This document shows, in pieces, positions 39,101 to 52,400 of a stretch of DNA of 64,000 nt (its first letter is position 1; each line of letters opens with the position of its first letter). The stretch lies in assembly GCF_009914755.1 (NCBI RefSeq), contig NC_060941.1, one strand, 5' to 3'. The position numbers and the translations under genes are program-made. The notes beneath the pieces were generated by a model. That model had not been told where the DNA came from. It ran no database searches and worked only from the letters and a program-made list of their open reading frames with translations. This DNA is from the human T2T-CHM13v2.0 reference genome, Homo sapiens.

Positions 39101-42100
39101 GGGTATATCTTCACATGACATCTAGACAGAAGCATCCTCAGAAGCTTCTCTGTGATGACTGCATTCAACTCACGGAGTTGAACACTCCTTTTGAGAGCGC
39201 AGTTTTGAAACTCTCTTTCTGTGGCATCTGCAAGGGGACATGTAGACCTCTTTGAAGATTTCGTTGGAAACGGAATCATCTTCACATAAAAACTACACAG
39301 ATGCATTCTCAGGAACTTTTTGGTGATGTTTGTATTCAACTCCCAGAGTTGAACTTTCCTTTGGAAAGAGCAGCTATGAAACACTGTTTTTCTAGAATCT
39401 GCAAGTGGACGTTTGGAGGGCTTTGTGGTTTGTGGTGGAAAAGGAAATATCTTCACCTAAATACTAGATAGAAGCATTCTCAGAAACTGCTTTGTGATGA
39501 TTGCATTCACCTCACAGAGTTGAACATTCCTATTGATAGAGCAGTTTGGAAACACTCTTGTTGTGGAATGTGCAAGTGGAGATTTGGAGCGCTTTGAGGC
39601 CTATGGTAGTAAAGGGAATAGCTTCATAGAAAAACTAGACAGAAGCATTCTCAGAAAATACTTTGTGATGATTGAGTTTAACTCACAGAGCTGAACATTC
39701 CTTTGGATGGAGCAGGTTTGAGACACACTTTTTGTAGAATCTACAAGTGGATATTTGGACCTCTCTGAGGATTTCGTTGGAAACGGGATAACTGCACCTA
39801 ACTAAACGGAAGCATTCTCAGAAACTTCTTGGTGATGTTTGCATTCAAATCCCAGAGTTGAACCTTCCTTTGATAGTTCAGGTTTGAAACACTCTTTTTG
39901 TAGGATCTGCAAGTGGATATTTGGACCACTCTGTGGCCTTCGTTCGAAACGGGTATATCTTCGCATAAAATCTAGACAGAAGCCTTCTCAGAAACTTCTC
40001 TGTGATGATTGCATTCAACTCACAGAGTTGAACTCTCCTATGGATAGAGCAGTGTTGAAACTCTCTTTTTGTGGAATCTGCAAGTGGATATGTGGACCTC
40101 TCCGAAGATGTCTTTGGAAACGGGAATATCTTCACATAAAAACTAAACAGAAGCATTCTCAGAAACTTCTCTGTGATGTTTGTGTTCAACTCCCAGAGTT
40201 TCACATTGCTTTTCATAGAGTAGTTCTGAAACATGCTTTTCGTAGTGTCTACAAGTGGACATTTGGAGCGCTTTCAGGCCTGTGGTGGAAAACGAATTAT
40301 GGTCACATAAAAACTGGAGAGAAGCATTGTCAGAAACTTCTTTGTGATGATTGCATTCAACTCACAGAGTTGAAGGTTCCTTTTCAAAGAGCAGTTTCCA
40401 ATCACTCTTTGTGTGGAATCTGCAAGTGGATATTTGGACCTATTTTGAAGATTTCGTTGGAAACGGGAGAATCTTCACAGGAAAGCTAAACAGAAGCATT
40501 CTCAGAAACTTCTTTGTGATGCTTGCATTCAACTCACAGAGTTGAACTTTCCTTTCGAGAGAGAAGCTTTGAAACACTCTTTTTCCAGAATCTGCAAGTG
40601 GACATTTGGAGGGCTTTGAGGCCTGTGGTGGAAAAGGAATTATCTTCCCGTTAAAGCTAGATAGAAGCATTCTCAGAAACTACTTTGTGATGATTGCATT
40701 CAAGTCACAGAGTTGAACATTCCCTTTGACAGAGCAGTTTGGAAACTCTCTTTGTGTAGAATCTGCAAGTGGAGATATGGACCGCTTTGAGGCCTATGGT
40801 AGTAAAGGAAATAGCTTCATATAAAAGCTAGACAGTAGCATTCACAGAAAACTCTTGGTGACGACTGAGTTTAACTCACAGAGCTGAACATTCCTTTGGA
40901 TGGAGCAGTTTCGAAACACACTATTTGTAGAATGTGCAAGTGGATATTTAGGCCTCTCTGAGGATTTCGTTGGAAACGGGATAAACCGCACAGAACTAAA
41001 CAGAAGCATTCTCAGAACCTTCTTCGTGATGTTTGCATTCAACTCACAGTGTTGAACCTTTCTTTGATAGTTCAGGTTTGAAACGGTCTTTCTGTAGAAA
41101 CTGCAAGTAGATATTTGGACCTCTCTGAGGATTTCGTTGGAAACGGGATAACCCGCACAGAACTAAAACAGAAGCATTCTCAGAACCCTCTTCGTGATGT
41201 TTGCATTCAACTCACAGTGCTGAACCTTTCTTTGATAGTTCAGCTTTGAAACACTCTTTTTGTAGAAACTGCAAGTGGATATTTGGTCCTCTCTGAGCAT
41301 TTCGTTGGAAACGGGATAAACTGCACAGAACTAAACAGAAGCATTCTCAGAACCTTCTTCGTGATGTCTGCATTCAACTCACAGTGTGGAACCTTTCTTT
41401 GATAGTTCAGGTTTGAAACACTCTTTTTGTAGAAACTGCAAGGGGATAATTGCACTCTTTGAGGAGTACCGTAGTAAAGGAAATAACTTCCTATAAAAAG
41501 AAGACAGAAGCTTTCTCAGAAAATTCTTTGGGATGATTGAGTTGAACTCACAGAGCTGAGCATTCCTTGCGATGTAGCAGTTTAGAAACACACTTTCTGC
41601 AGAATCTGCAAGTGCATATTTGGACCTCTGTGAGGAATTCGTTGGAAACGGGATAATTTCAGCTGACTAAACAGAAGCAGTCTCAGAATCTTCTTTGTGA
41701 TGTTTGCATTCAAATCCCCGAGTTGAACTTTCCTTTCAAAGTTCACGTTTGAAACACTCTTTTTGCAGGATCTACAAGTGGATATTTGGACCACTCTGTG
41801 TCCTTCGTTCGAAACGGGTATATCTTCACATGACATCTAGACAGAAGCATCCTCAGAAGCTTCTCTGTGATGACTGCATTCAACTCACGGAGTTGAACAC
41901 TCCTTTTGAGAGCGCAGTTTTGAAACTCTCTTTCTGTGGCATCTGCAAGGGGACATGTAGACCTCTTTGAAGATTTCGTTGGAAACGGAATCATCTTCAC
42001 ATAAAAACTACACAGATGCATTCTCAGGAACTTTTTGGTGATGTTTGTATTCAACTCCCAGAGTTGAACTTTCCTTTGGAAAGAGCAGCTATGAAACACT

Positions 42101-45100
42101 GTTTTTCTAGAATCTGCAAGTGGACGTTTGGAGGGCTTTGTGGTTTGTGGTGGAAAAGGAAATATCTTCACCTAAATACTAGATAGAAGCATTCTCAGAA
42201 ACTGCTTTGTGATGATTGCATTCACCTCACAGAGTTGAACATTCCTATTGATAGAGCAGTTTGGAAACACTCTTGTTGTGGAATGTGCAAGTGGAGATTT
42301 GGAGCGCTTTGAGGCCTATGGTAGTAAAGGGAATAGCTTCATAGAAAAACTAGACAGAAGCATTCTCAGAAAATACTTTGTGATGATTGAGTTTAACTCA
42401 CAGAGCTGAACATTCCTTTGGATGGAGCAGGTTTGAGACACACTTTTTGTAGAATCTACAAGTGGATATTTGGACCTCTCTGAGGATTTCGTTGGAAACG
42501 GGATAACTGCACCTAACTAAACGGAAGCATTCTCAGAAACTTCTTGGTGATGTTTGCATTCAAATCCCAGAGTTGAACCTTCCTTTGATAGTTCAGGTTT
42601 GAAACACTCTTTTTGTAGGATCTGCAAGTGGATATTTGGACCACTCTGTGGCCTTCGTTCGAAACGGGTATATCTTCGCATAAAATCTAGACAGAAGCCT
42701 TCTCAGAAACTTCTCTGTGATGATTGCATTCAACTCACAGAGTTGAACCCTCCTATGGATAGAGCAGTGTTGAAACTCTCTTTTTGTGGAATCTGCAAGT
42801 GGATATGTGGACCTCTCCGAAGATGTCTTTGGAAACGGGAATATCTTCACATAAAAACTAAACAGAAGCATTCTCAGAAACTTCTCTGTGATGTTTGTGT
42901 TCAACTCCCAGAGTTTCACATTGCTTTTCATAGAGTAGTTCTGAAACATGCTTTTCGTAGTGTCTACAAGTGGACATTTGGAGCGCTTTCAGGCCTGTGG
43001 TGGAAAACGAATTATGGTCACATAAAAACTGGAGAGAAGCATTGTCAGAAACTTCTTTGTGATGATTGCATTCAACTCACAGAGTTGAAGGTTCCTTTTC
43101 AAAGAGCAGTTTCCAATCACTCTTTGTGTGGAATCTGCAAGTGGATATTTGGACCTATTTTGAAGATTTCGTTGGAAACGGGAGAATCTTCACAGGAAAG
43201 CTAAACAGAAGCATTCTCAGAAACTTCTTTGTGATGCTTGCATTCAACTCACAGAGTTGAACTTTCCTTTCGAGAGAGAAGCTTTGAAACACTCTTTTTC
43301 CAGAATCTGCAAGTGGACATTTGGAGGGCTTTGAGGCCTGTGGTGGAAAAGGAATTATCTTCCCGTAAAAGCTAGATAGAAGCATTCTCAGAAACTACTT
43401 TGTGATGATTGCATTCAAGTCACAGAGTTGAACATTCCCTTTGACAGAGCAGTTTGGAAACTCTCTTTGTGTAGAATCTGCAAGTGGAGATATGGACCGC
43501 TTTGAGGCCTATGGTAGTAAAGGAAATAGCTTCATATAAAAGCTAGACAGTAGCATTCACAGAAAACTCTTGGTGACGACTGAGTTTAACTCACAGAGCT
43601 GAACATTCCTTTGGATGGAGCAGTTTCGAAACACACTATTTGTAGAATGTGCAAGTGGATATTTAGGCCTCTCTGAGGATTTCGTTGGAAACGGGATAAA
43701 CCGCACAGAACTAAACAGAAGCATTCTCAGAACCTTCTTCGTGATGTTTGCATTCAACTCACAGTGTTGAACCTTTCTTTGATAGTTCAGGTTTGAAACG
43801 GTCTTTCTGTAGAAACTGCAAGTAGATATTTGGACCTCTCTGAGGATTTCGTTGGAAACGGGATAACCCGCACAGAACTAAAACAGAAGCATTCTCAGAA
43901 CCCTCTTCGTGATGTTTGCATTCAACTCACAGTGCTGAACCTTTCTTTGATAGTTCAGCTTTGAAACACTCTTTTTGTAGAAACTGCAAGTGGATATTTG
44001 GTCCTCTCTGAGCATTTCGTTGGAAACGGGATAAACTGCACAGAACTAAACAGAAGCATTCTCAGAACCTTCTTCGTGATGTCTGCATTCAACTCACAGT
44101 GTGGAACCTTTCTTTGATAGTTCAGGTTTGAAACACTCTTTTTGTAGAAACTGCAAGGGGATAATTGCACTCTTTGAGGAGTACCGTAGTAAAGGAAATA
44201 ACTTCCTATAAAAAGAAGACAGAAGCTTTCTCAGAAAATTCTTTGGGATGATTGAGTTGAACTCACAGAGCTGAGCATTCCTTGCGATGTAGCAGTTTAG
44301 AAACACACTTTCTGCAGAATCTGCAAGTGCATATTTGGACCTCTGTGAGGAATTCGTTGGAAACGGGATAATTTCAGCTGACTAAACAGAAGCAGTCTCA
44401 GAATCTTCTTTGTGATGTTTGCATTCAAATCCCCGAGTTGAACTTTCCTTTCAAAGTTCACGTTTGAAACACTCTTTTTGCAGGATCTACAAGTGGATAT
44501 TTGGACCACTCTGTGTCCTTCGTTCGAAACGGGTATATCTTCACATGACATCTAGACAGAAGCATCCTCAGAAGCTTCTCTGTGATGACTGCATTCAACT
44601 CACGGAGTTGAACACTCCTTTTGAGAGCGCAGTTTTGAAACTCTCTTTCTGTGGCATCTGCAAGGGGACATGTAGACCTCTTTGAAGATTTCGTTGGAAA
44701 CGGAATCATCTTCACATAAAAACTACACAGATGCATTCTCAGGAACTTTTTGGTGATGTTTGTATTCAACTCCCAGAGTTGAACTTTCCTTTGGAAAGAG
44801 CAGCTATGAAACACTGTTTTTCTAGAATCTGCAAGTGGACGTTTGGAGGGCTTTGTGGTTTGTGGTGGAAAAGGAAATATCTTCACCTAAATACTAGATA
44901 GAAGCATTCTCAGAAACTGCTTTGTGATGATTGCATTCACCTCACAGAGTTGAACATTCCTATTGATAGAGCAGTTTGGAAACACTCTTGTTGTGGAATG
45001 TGCAAGTGGAGATTTGGAGCGCTTTGAGGCCTATGGTAGTAAAGGGAATAGCTTCATAGAAAAACTAGACAGAAGCATTCTCAGAAAATACTTTGTGATG

Positions 45101-47064
45101 ATTGAGTTTAACTCACAGAGCTGAACATTCCTTTGGATGGAGCAGGTTTGAGACACACTTTTTGTAGAATCTACAAGTGGATATTTGGACCTCTCTGAGG
45201 ATTTCGTTGGAAACGGGATAACTGCACCTAACTAAACGGAAGCATTCTCAGAAACTTCTTGGTGATGTTTGCATTCAAATCCCAGAGTTGAACCTTCCTT
45301 TGATAGTTCAGGTTTGAAACACTCTTTTTGTAGGATCTGCAAGTGGATATTTGGACCACTCTGTGGCCTTCGTTCGAAACGGGTATATCTTCGCATAAAA
45401 TCTAGACAGAAGCCTTCTCAGAAACTTCTCTGTGATGATTGCATTCAACTCACAGAGTTGAACCCTCCTATGGATAGAGCAGTGTTGAAACTCTCTTTTT
45501 GTGGAATCTGCAAGTGGATATGTGGACCTCTCCGAAGATGTCTTTGGAAACGGGAATATCTTCACATAAAAACTAAACAGAAGCATTCTCAGAAACTTCT
45601 CTGTGATGTTTGTGTTCAACTCCCAGAGTTTCACATTGCTTTTCATAGAGTAGTTCTGAAACATGCTTTTCGTAGTGTCTACAAGTGGACATTTGGAGCG
45701 CTTTCAGGCCTGTGGTGGAAAACGAATTATGGTCACATAAAAACTGGAGAGAAGCATTGTCAGAAACTTCTTTGTGATGATTGCATTCAACTCACAGAGT
45801 TGAAGGTTCCTTTTCAAAGAGCAGTTTCCAATCACTCTTTGTGTGGAATCTGCAAGTGGATATTTGGACCTATTTTGAAGATTTCGTTGGAAACGGGAGA
45901 ATCTTCACAGGAAAGCTAAACAGAAGCATTCTCAGAAACTTCTTTGTGATGCTTGCATTCAACTCACAGAGTTGAACTTTCCTTTCGAGAGAGAAGCTTT
46001 GAAACACTCTTTTTCCAGAATCTGCAAGTGGACATTTGGAGGGCTTTGAGGCCTGTGGTGGAAAAGGAATTATCTTCCCGTAAAAGCTAGATAGAAGCAT
46101 TCTCAGAAACTACTTTGTGATGATTGCATTCAAGTCACAGAGTTGAACATTCCCTTTGACAGAGCAGTTTGGAAACTCTCTTTGTGTAGAATCTGCAAGT
46201 GGAGATATGGACCGCTTTGAGGCCTATGGTAGTAAAGGAAATAGCTTCATATAAAAGCTAGGCAGTAGCATTCACAGAAAACTCTTGGTGACGACTGAGT
46301 TTAACTCACAGAGCTGAACATTCCTTTGGATGGAGCAGTTTCGAAACACACTATTTGTAGAATGTGCAAGTGGATATTTAGGCCTCTCTGAGGATTTCGT
46401 TGGAAACGGGATAAACCGCACAGAACTAAACAGAAGCATTCTCAGAACCTTCTTCGTGATGTTTGCATTCAACTCACAGTGTTGAACCTTTCTTTGATAG
46501 TTCAGGTTTGAAACGGTCTTTCTGTAGAAACTGCAAGTAGATATTTGGACCTCTCTGAGGATTTCGTTGGAAACGGGATAACCCGCACAGAACTAAAACA
46601 GAAGCATTCTCAGAACCCTCTTCGTGATGTTTGCATTCAACTCACAGTGCTGAACCTTTCTTTGATAGTTCAGCTTTGAAACACTCTTTTTGTAGAAACT
46701 GCAAGTGGATATTTGGTCCTCTCTGAGCATTTCGTTGGAAACGGGATAAACTGCACAGACCTAAACAGAAGCATTCTCAGAACCTTCTTCGTGATGTCTG
46801 CATTCAACTCACAGTGTGGAACCTTTCTTTGATAGTTCAGGTTTGAAACACTCTTTTTGTAGAAACTGCAAGGGGATAATTGCACTCTTTGAGGAGTACC
46901 GTAGTAAAGGAAATAACTTCCTATAAAAAGAAGACAGAAGCTTTCTCAGAAAATTCTTTGGGATGATTGAGTTGAACTCACAGAGCTGAGCATTCCTTGC
47001 GATGTAGCAGTTTAGAAACACACTTTCTGCAGAATCTGCAAGTGCATATTTGGACCTCTGTGAG

Positions 47065-49436
47065 GAATTCGTTGGAAACGGGATAATTTCAGCTGACTAA
47101 ACAGAAGCAGTCTCAGAATCTTCTTTGTGATGTTTGCATTCAAATCCCCGAGTTGAACTTTCCTTTCAAAGTTCACGTTTGAAACACTCTTTTTGCAGGA
47201 TCTACAAGTGGATATTTGGACCACTCTGTGTCCTTCGTTCGAAACGGGTATATCTTCACATGACATCTAGACAGAAGCATCTTCAGAAGCTTCTCTGTGA
47301 TGACTGCATTCAACTCACGGAGTTGAACACTCCTTTTGAGAGCGCAGTTTTGAAACTCTCTTTCTGTGGCATCTGCAAGGGGACATGTAGACCTCTTTGA
47401 AGATTTCGTTGGAAACGGAATCATCTTCACATAAAAACTACACAGATGCATTCTCAGGAACTTTTTGGTGATGTTTGTATTCAACTCCCAGAGTTGAACT
47501 TTCCTTTGGAAAGAGCAGCTATGAAACACTGTTTTTCTAGAATCTGCAAGTGGACGTTTGGAGGGCTTTGTGGCTTGTGGTGGAAAAGGAAATATCTTCA
47601 CCTAAATACTAGATAGAAGCATTCTCAGAAACTGCTTTGTGATGATTGCATTCACCTCACAGAGTTGAACATTCCTATTGATAGAGCAGTTTGGAAACAC
47701 TCTTGTTGTGGAATGTGCAAGTGGAGATTTGGAGCGCTTTGAGGCCTATGGTAGTAAAGGGAATAGCTTCATAGAAAAACTAGACAGAAGCATTCTCAGA
47801 AAATACTTTGTGATGATTGAGTTTAACTCACAGAGCTGAACATTCCTTTGGATGGAGCAGGTTTGAGACACACTTTTTGTAGAATCTACAAGTGGATATT
47901 TGGACCTCTCTGAGGATTTCGTTGGAAACGGGATAACTGCACCTAACTAAACGGAAGCATTCTCAGAAACTTCTTGGTGATGTTTGCATTCAAATCCCAG
48001 AGTTGAACCTTCCTTTGATAGTTCAGGTTTGAAACACTCTTTTTGTAGGATCTGCAAGTGGATATTTGGACCACTCTGTGGCCTTCGTTCGAAACGGGTA
48101 TATCTTCGCATAAAATCTAGACAGAAGCCTTCTCAGAAACTTCTCTGTGATGATTGCATTCAACTCACAGAGTTGAACCCTCCTATGGATAGAGCAGTGT
48201 TGAAACTCTCTTTTTGTGGAATCTGCAAGTGGATATGTGGACCTCTCCGAAGATGTCTTTGGAAACGGGAATATCTTCACATAAAAACTAAACAGAAGCA
48301 TTCTCAGAAACTTCTCTGTGATGTTTGTGTTCAACTCACAGAGTTGAACTTTCCTTTCGAGAGAGAAGCTTTGAAACACTCTTTTTCCAGAATCTGCAAG
48401 TGGACATTTGGAGGGCTTTGAGGCCTGTGGTGGAAAAGGAATTATCTTCCCGTTAAAGCTAGATAGAAGCATTCTCAGAAACTACTTTGTGATGATTGCA
48501 TTCAAGTCACAGAGTTGAACATTCCCTTTGACAGAGCAGTTTGGAAACTCTCTTTGTGTAGAATCTGCAAGTGGAGATATGGACCGCTTTGAGGCCTATG
48601 GTAGTAAAGGAAATAGCTTCATATAAAAGCTAGACAGTAGCATTCACAGAAAACTCTTGGTGACGACTGAGTTTAACTCACAGAGCTGAACATTCCTTTG
48701 GATGGAGCAGTTTCGAAACACACTATTTGTAGAATGTGCAAGTGGATATTTAGGCCTCTCTGAGGATTTCGTTGGAAACGGGATAAACCGCACAGAACTA
48801 AACAGAAGCATTCTCAGAACCTTCTTCGTGATGTTTGCATTCAACTCACAGTGTTGAACCTTTCTTTGATAGTTCAGGTTTGAAACGGTCTTTCTGTAGA
48901 AACTGCAAGTAGATATTTGGACCTCTCTGAGGATTTCGTTGGAAACGGGATAACCCGCACAGAACTAAAACAGAAGCATTCTCAGAACCCTCTTCGTGAT
49001 GTTTGCATTCAACTCACAGTGCTGAACCTTTCTTTGATAGTTCAGCTTTGAAACACTCTTTTTGTAGAAACTGCAAGTGGATATTTGGTCCTCTCTGAGC
49101 ATTTCGTTGGAAACGGGATAAACTGCACAGAACTAAACAGAAGCATTCTCAGAACCTTCTTCGTGATGTCTGCATTCAACTCACAGTGTGGAACCTTTCT
49201 TTGATAGTTCAGGTTTGAAACACTCTTTTTGTAGAAACTGCAAGGGGATAATTGCACTCTTTGAGGAGTACCGTAGTAAAGGAAATAACTTCCTATAAAA
49301 AGAAGACAGAAGCTTTCTCAGAAAATTCTTTGGGATGATTGAGTTGAACTCACAGAGCTGAGCATTCCTTGCGATGTAGCAGTTTAGAAACACACTTTCT
49401 GCAGAATCTGCAAGTGCATATTTGGACCTCTGTGAG
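47065..49436 (+). repeat. 14-monomer (2372 bp) HOR deletion variant
   Basis: EcoRI 47065 to 49437 = 2372 bp (343 bp short). Hybrid monomer ...GATGTTTGTG-TTCAACTC-ACAGAGTTGAACTTTCCTTTCGAGA at 48320-48365. Fusion ORFs of 145 aa and 149 aa appear only here. Confidence 0.96.
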
Positions 49437-52400
49437 GAATTCGTTGGAAACGGGATAATTTCAGCTGACTAAACAGAAGCAGTCTCAGAATCTTCTTTGT
49501 GATGTTTGCATTCAAATCCCCGAGTTGAACTTTCCTTTCAAAGTTCACGTTTGAAACACTCTTTTTGCAGGATCTACAAGTGGATATTTGGACCACTCTG
49601 TGTCCTTCGTTCGAAACGGGTATATCTTCACATGACATCTAGACAGAAGCATCCTCAGAAGCTTCTCTGTGATGACTGCATTCAACTCACGGAGTTGAAC
49701 ACTCCTTTTGAGAGCGCAGTTTTGAAACTCTCTTTCTGTGGCATCTGCAAGGGGACATGTAGACCTCTTTGAAGATTTCGTTGGAAACGGAATCATCTTC
49801 ACATAAAAACTACACAGATGCATTCTCAGGAACTTTTTGGTGATGTTTGTATTCAACTCCCAGAGTTGAACTTTCCTTTGGAAAGAGCAGCTATGAAACA
49901 CTCTTTTTCTAGAATCTGCAAGTGGACGTTTGGAGGGCTTTGTGGTTTGTGGTGGAAAAGGAAATATCTTCACCTAAATACTAGATAGAAGCATTCTCAG
50001 AAACTGCTTTGTGATGATTGCATTCACCTCACAGAGTTGAACATTCCTATTGATAGAGCAGTTTGGAAACACTCTTGTTGTGGAATGTGCAAGTGGAGAT
50101 TTGGAGCGCTTTGAGGCCTATGGTAGTAAAGGGAATAGCTTCATAGAAAAACTAGACAGAAGCATTCTCAGAAAATACTTTGTGATGATTGAGTTTAACT
50201 CACAGAGCTGAACATTCCTTTGGATGGAGCAGGTTTGAGACACACCTTTTGTAGAATCTACAAGTGGATATTTGGACCTCTCTGAGGATTTCGTTGGAAA
50301 CGGGATAACTGCACCTAACTAAACGGAAGCATTCTCAGAAACTTCTTGGTGATGTTTGCATTCAAATCCCAGAGTTGAACCTTCCTTTGATAGTTCAGGT
50401 TTGAAACACTCTTTTTGTAGGATCTGCAAGTGGATATTTGGACCACTCTGTGGCCTTCATTCGAAACGGGTATATCTTCGCATAAAATCTAGACAGAAGC
50501 CTTCTCAGAAACTTCTCTGTGATGATTGCATTCAACTCACAGAGTTGAACCCTCCTATGGATAGAGCAGTGTTGAAACTCTCTTTTTGTGGAATCTGCAA
50601 GTGGATATGTGGACCTCTCCGAAGATGTCTTTGGAAACGGGAATATCTTCACATAAAAACTAAACAGAAGCATTCTCAGAAACTTCTCTGTGATGTTTGT
50701 GTTCAACTCCCAGAGTTTCACATTGCTTTTCATAGAGTAGTTCTGAAACATGCTTTTCGTAGTGTCTACAAGTGGACATTTGGAGCGCTTTCAGGCCTGT
50801 GGTGGAAAACGAATTATGGTCACATAAAAACTGGAGAGAAGCATTGTCAGAAACTTCTTTGTGATGATTGCATTCAACTCACAGAGTTGAAGGTTCCTTT
50901 TCAAAGAGCAGTTTCCAATCACTCTTTGTGTGGAATCTGCAAGTGGATATTTGGACCTATTTTGAAGATTTCGTTGGAAACGGGAGAATCTTCACAGGAA
51001 AGCTAAACAGAAGCATTCTCAGAAACTTCTTTGTGATGCTTGCATTCAACTCAGAGAGTTGAACTTTCCTTTCGAGAGAGAAGCTTTGAAACACTCTTTT
51101 TCCAGAATCTGCAAGTGGACATTTGGAGGGCTTTGAGGCCTGTGGTGGAAAAGGAATTATCTTCCCGTTAAAGCTAGATAGAAGCATTCTCAGAAACTAC
51201 TTTGTGATGATTGCATTCAAGTCACAGAGTTGAACATTCCCTTTGACAGAGCAGTTTGGAAACTCTCTTTGTGTAGAATCTGCAAGTGGAGATATGGACC
51301 GCTTTGAGGCCTATGGTAGTAAAGGAAATAGCTTCATATAAAAGCTAGACAGTAGCATTCACAGAAAACTCTTGGTGACGACTGAGTTTAACTCACAGAG
51401 CTGAACATTCCTTTGGATGGAGCAGTTTCGAAACACACTATTTGTAGAATGTGCAAGTGGATATTTAGGCCTCTCTGAGGATTTCGTTGGAAACGGGATA
51501 AACCGCACAGAACTAAACAGAAGCATTCTCAGAACCTTCTTCGTGATGTTTGCATTCAACTCACAGTGTTGAACCTTTCTTTGATAGTTCAGGTTTGAAA
51601 CGGTCTTTCTGTAGAAACTGCAAGTAGATATTTGGACCTCTCTGAGGATTTCGTTGGAAACGGGATAACCCGCACAGAACTAAAACAGAAGCATTCTCAG
51701 AACCCTCTTCGTGATGTTTGCATTCAACTCACAGTGCTGAACCTTTCTTTGATAGTTCAGCTTTGAAACACTCTTTTTGTAGAAACTGCAAGTGGATATT
51801 TGGTCCTCTCTGAGCATTTCGTTGGAAACGGGATAAACTGCACAGAACTAAACAGAAGCATTCTCAGAACCTTCTTCGTGATGTCTGCATTCAACTCACA
51901 GTGTGGAACCTTTCTTTGATAGTTCAGGTTTGAAACACTCTTTTTGTAGAAACTGCAAGGGGATAATTGCACTCTTTGAGGAGTACCGTAGTAAAGGAAA
52001 TAACTTCCTATAAAAAGAAGACAGAAGCTTTCTCAGAAAATTCTTTGGGATGATTGAGTTGAACTCACAGAGCTGAGCATTCCTTGCGATGTAGCAGTTT
52101 AGAAACACACTTTCTGCAGAATCTGCAAGTGCATATTTGGACCTCTGTGAGGAATTCGTTGGAAACGGGATAATTTCAGCTGACTAAACAGAAGCAGTCT
52201 CAGAATCTTCTTTGTGATGTTTGCATTCAAATCCCCGAGTTGAACTTTCCTTTCAAAGTTCACGTTTGAAACACTCTTTTTGCAGGATCTACAAGTGGAT
52301 ATTTGGACCACTCTGTGTCCTTCGTTCGAAACGGGTATATCTTCACATGACATCTAGACAGAAGCATCCTCAGAAGCTTCTCTGTGATGACTGCATTCAA

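Larger units (their letters stand above)
3625..47064 (+). repeat. Run of 16 consecutive full-length 2715-bp 16-mer HORs (EcoRI to EcoRI)
   Basis: 47065-3625 = 43440 = 16 x 2715. All ORF coordinates keep exact phase, so there is no net indel; copies differ by a few substitutions each. Confidence 0.96.

Noticed and set aside
47984-48472. Unique 145-aa and 149-aa ORFs (also unique ORFs at 27280 and 56847)
   Set aside because: Direct consequences of the deletion junctions or of a single stop-removing SNV; useful only as markers.
47065-49436. 14-mer as a transition into the neighbouring D17Z1-B 14-mer array
   Set aside because: Apart from the deletion it is nearly identical to the flanking 16-mers, and 16-mers resume immediately, so it is an intra-array variant.
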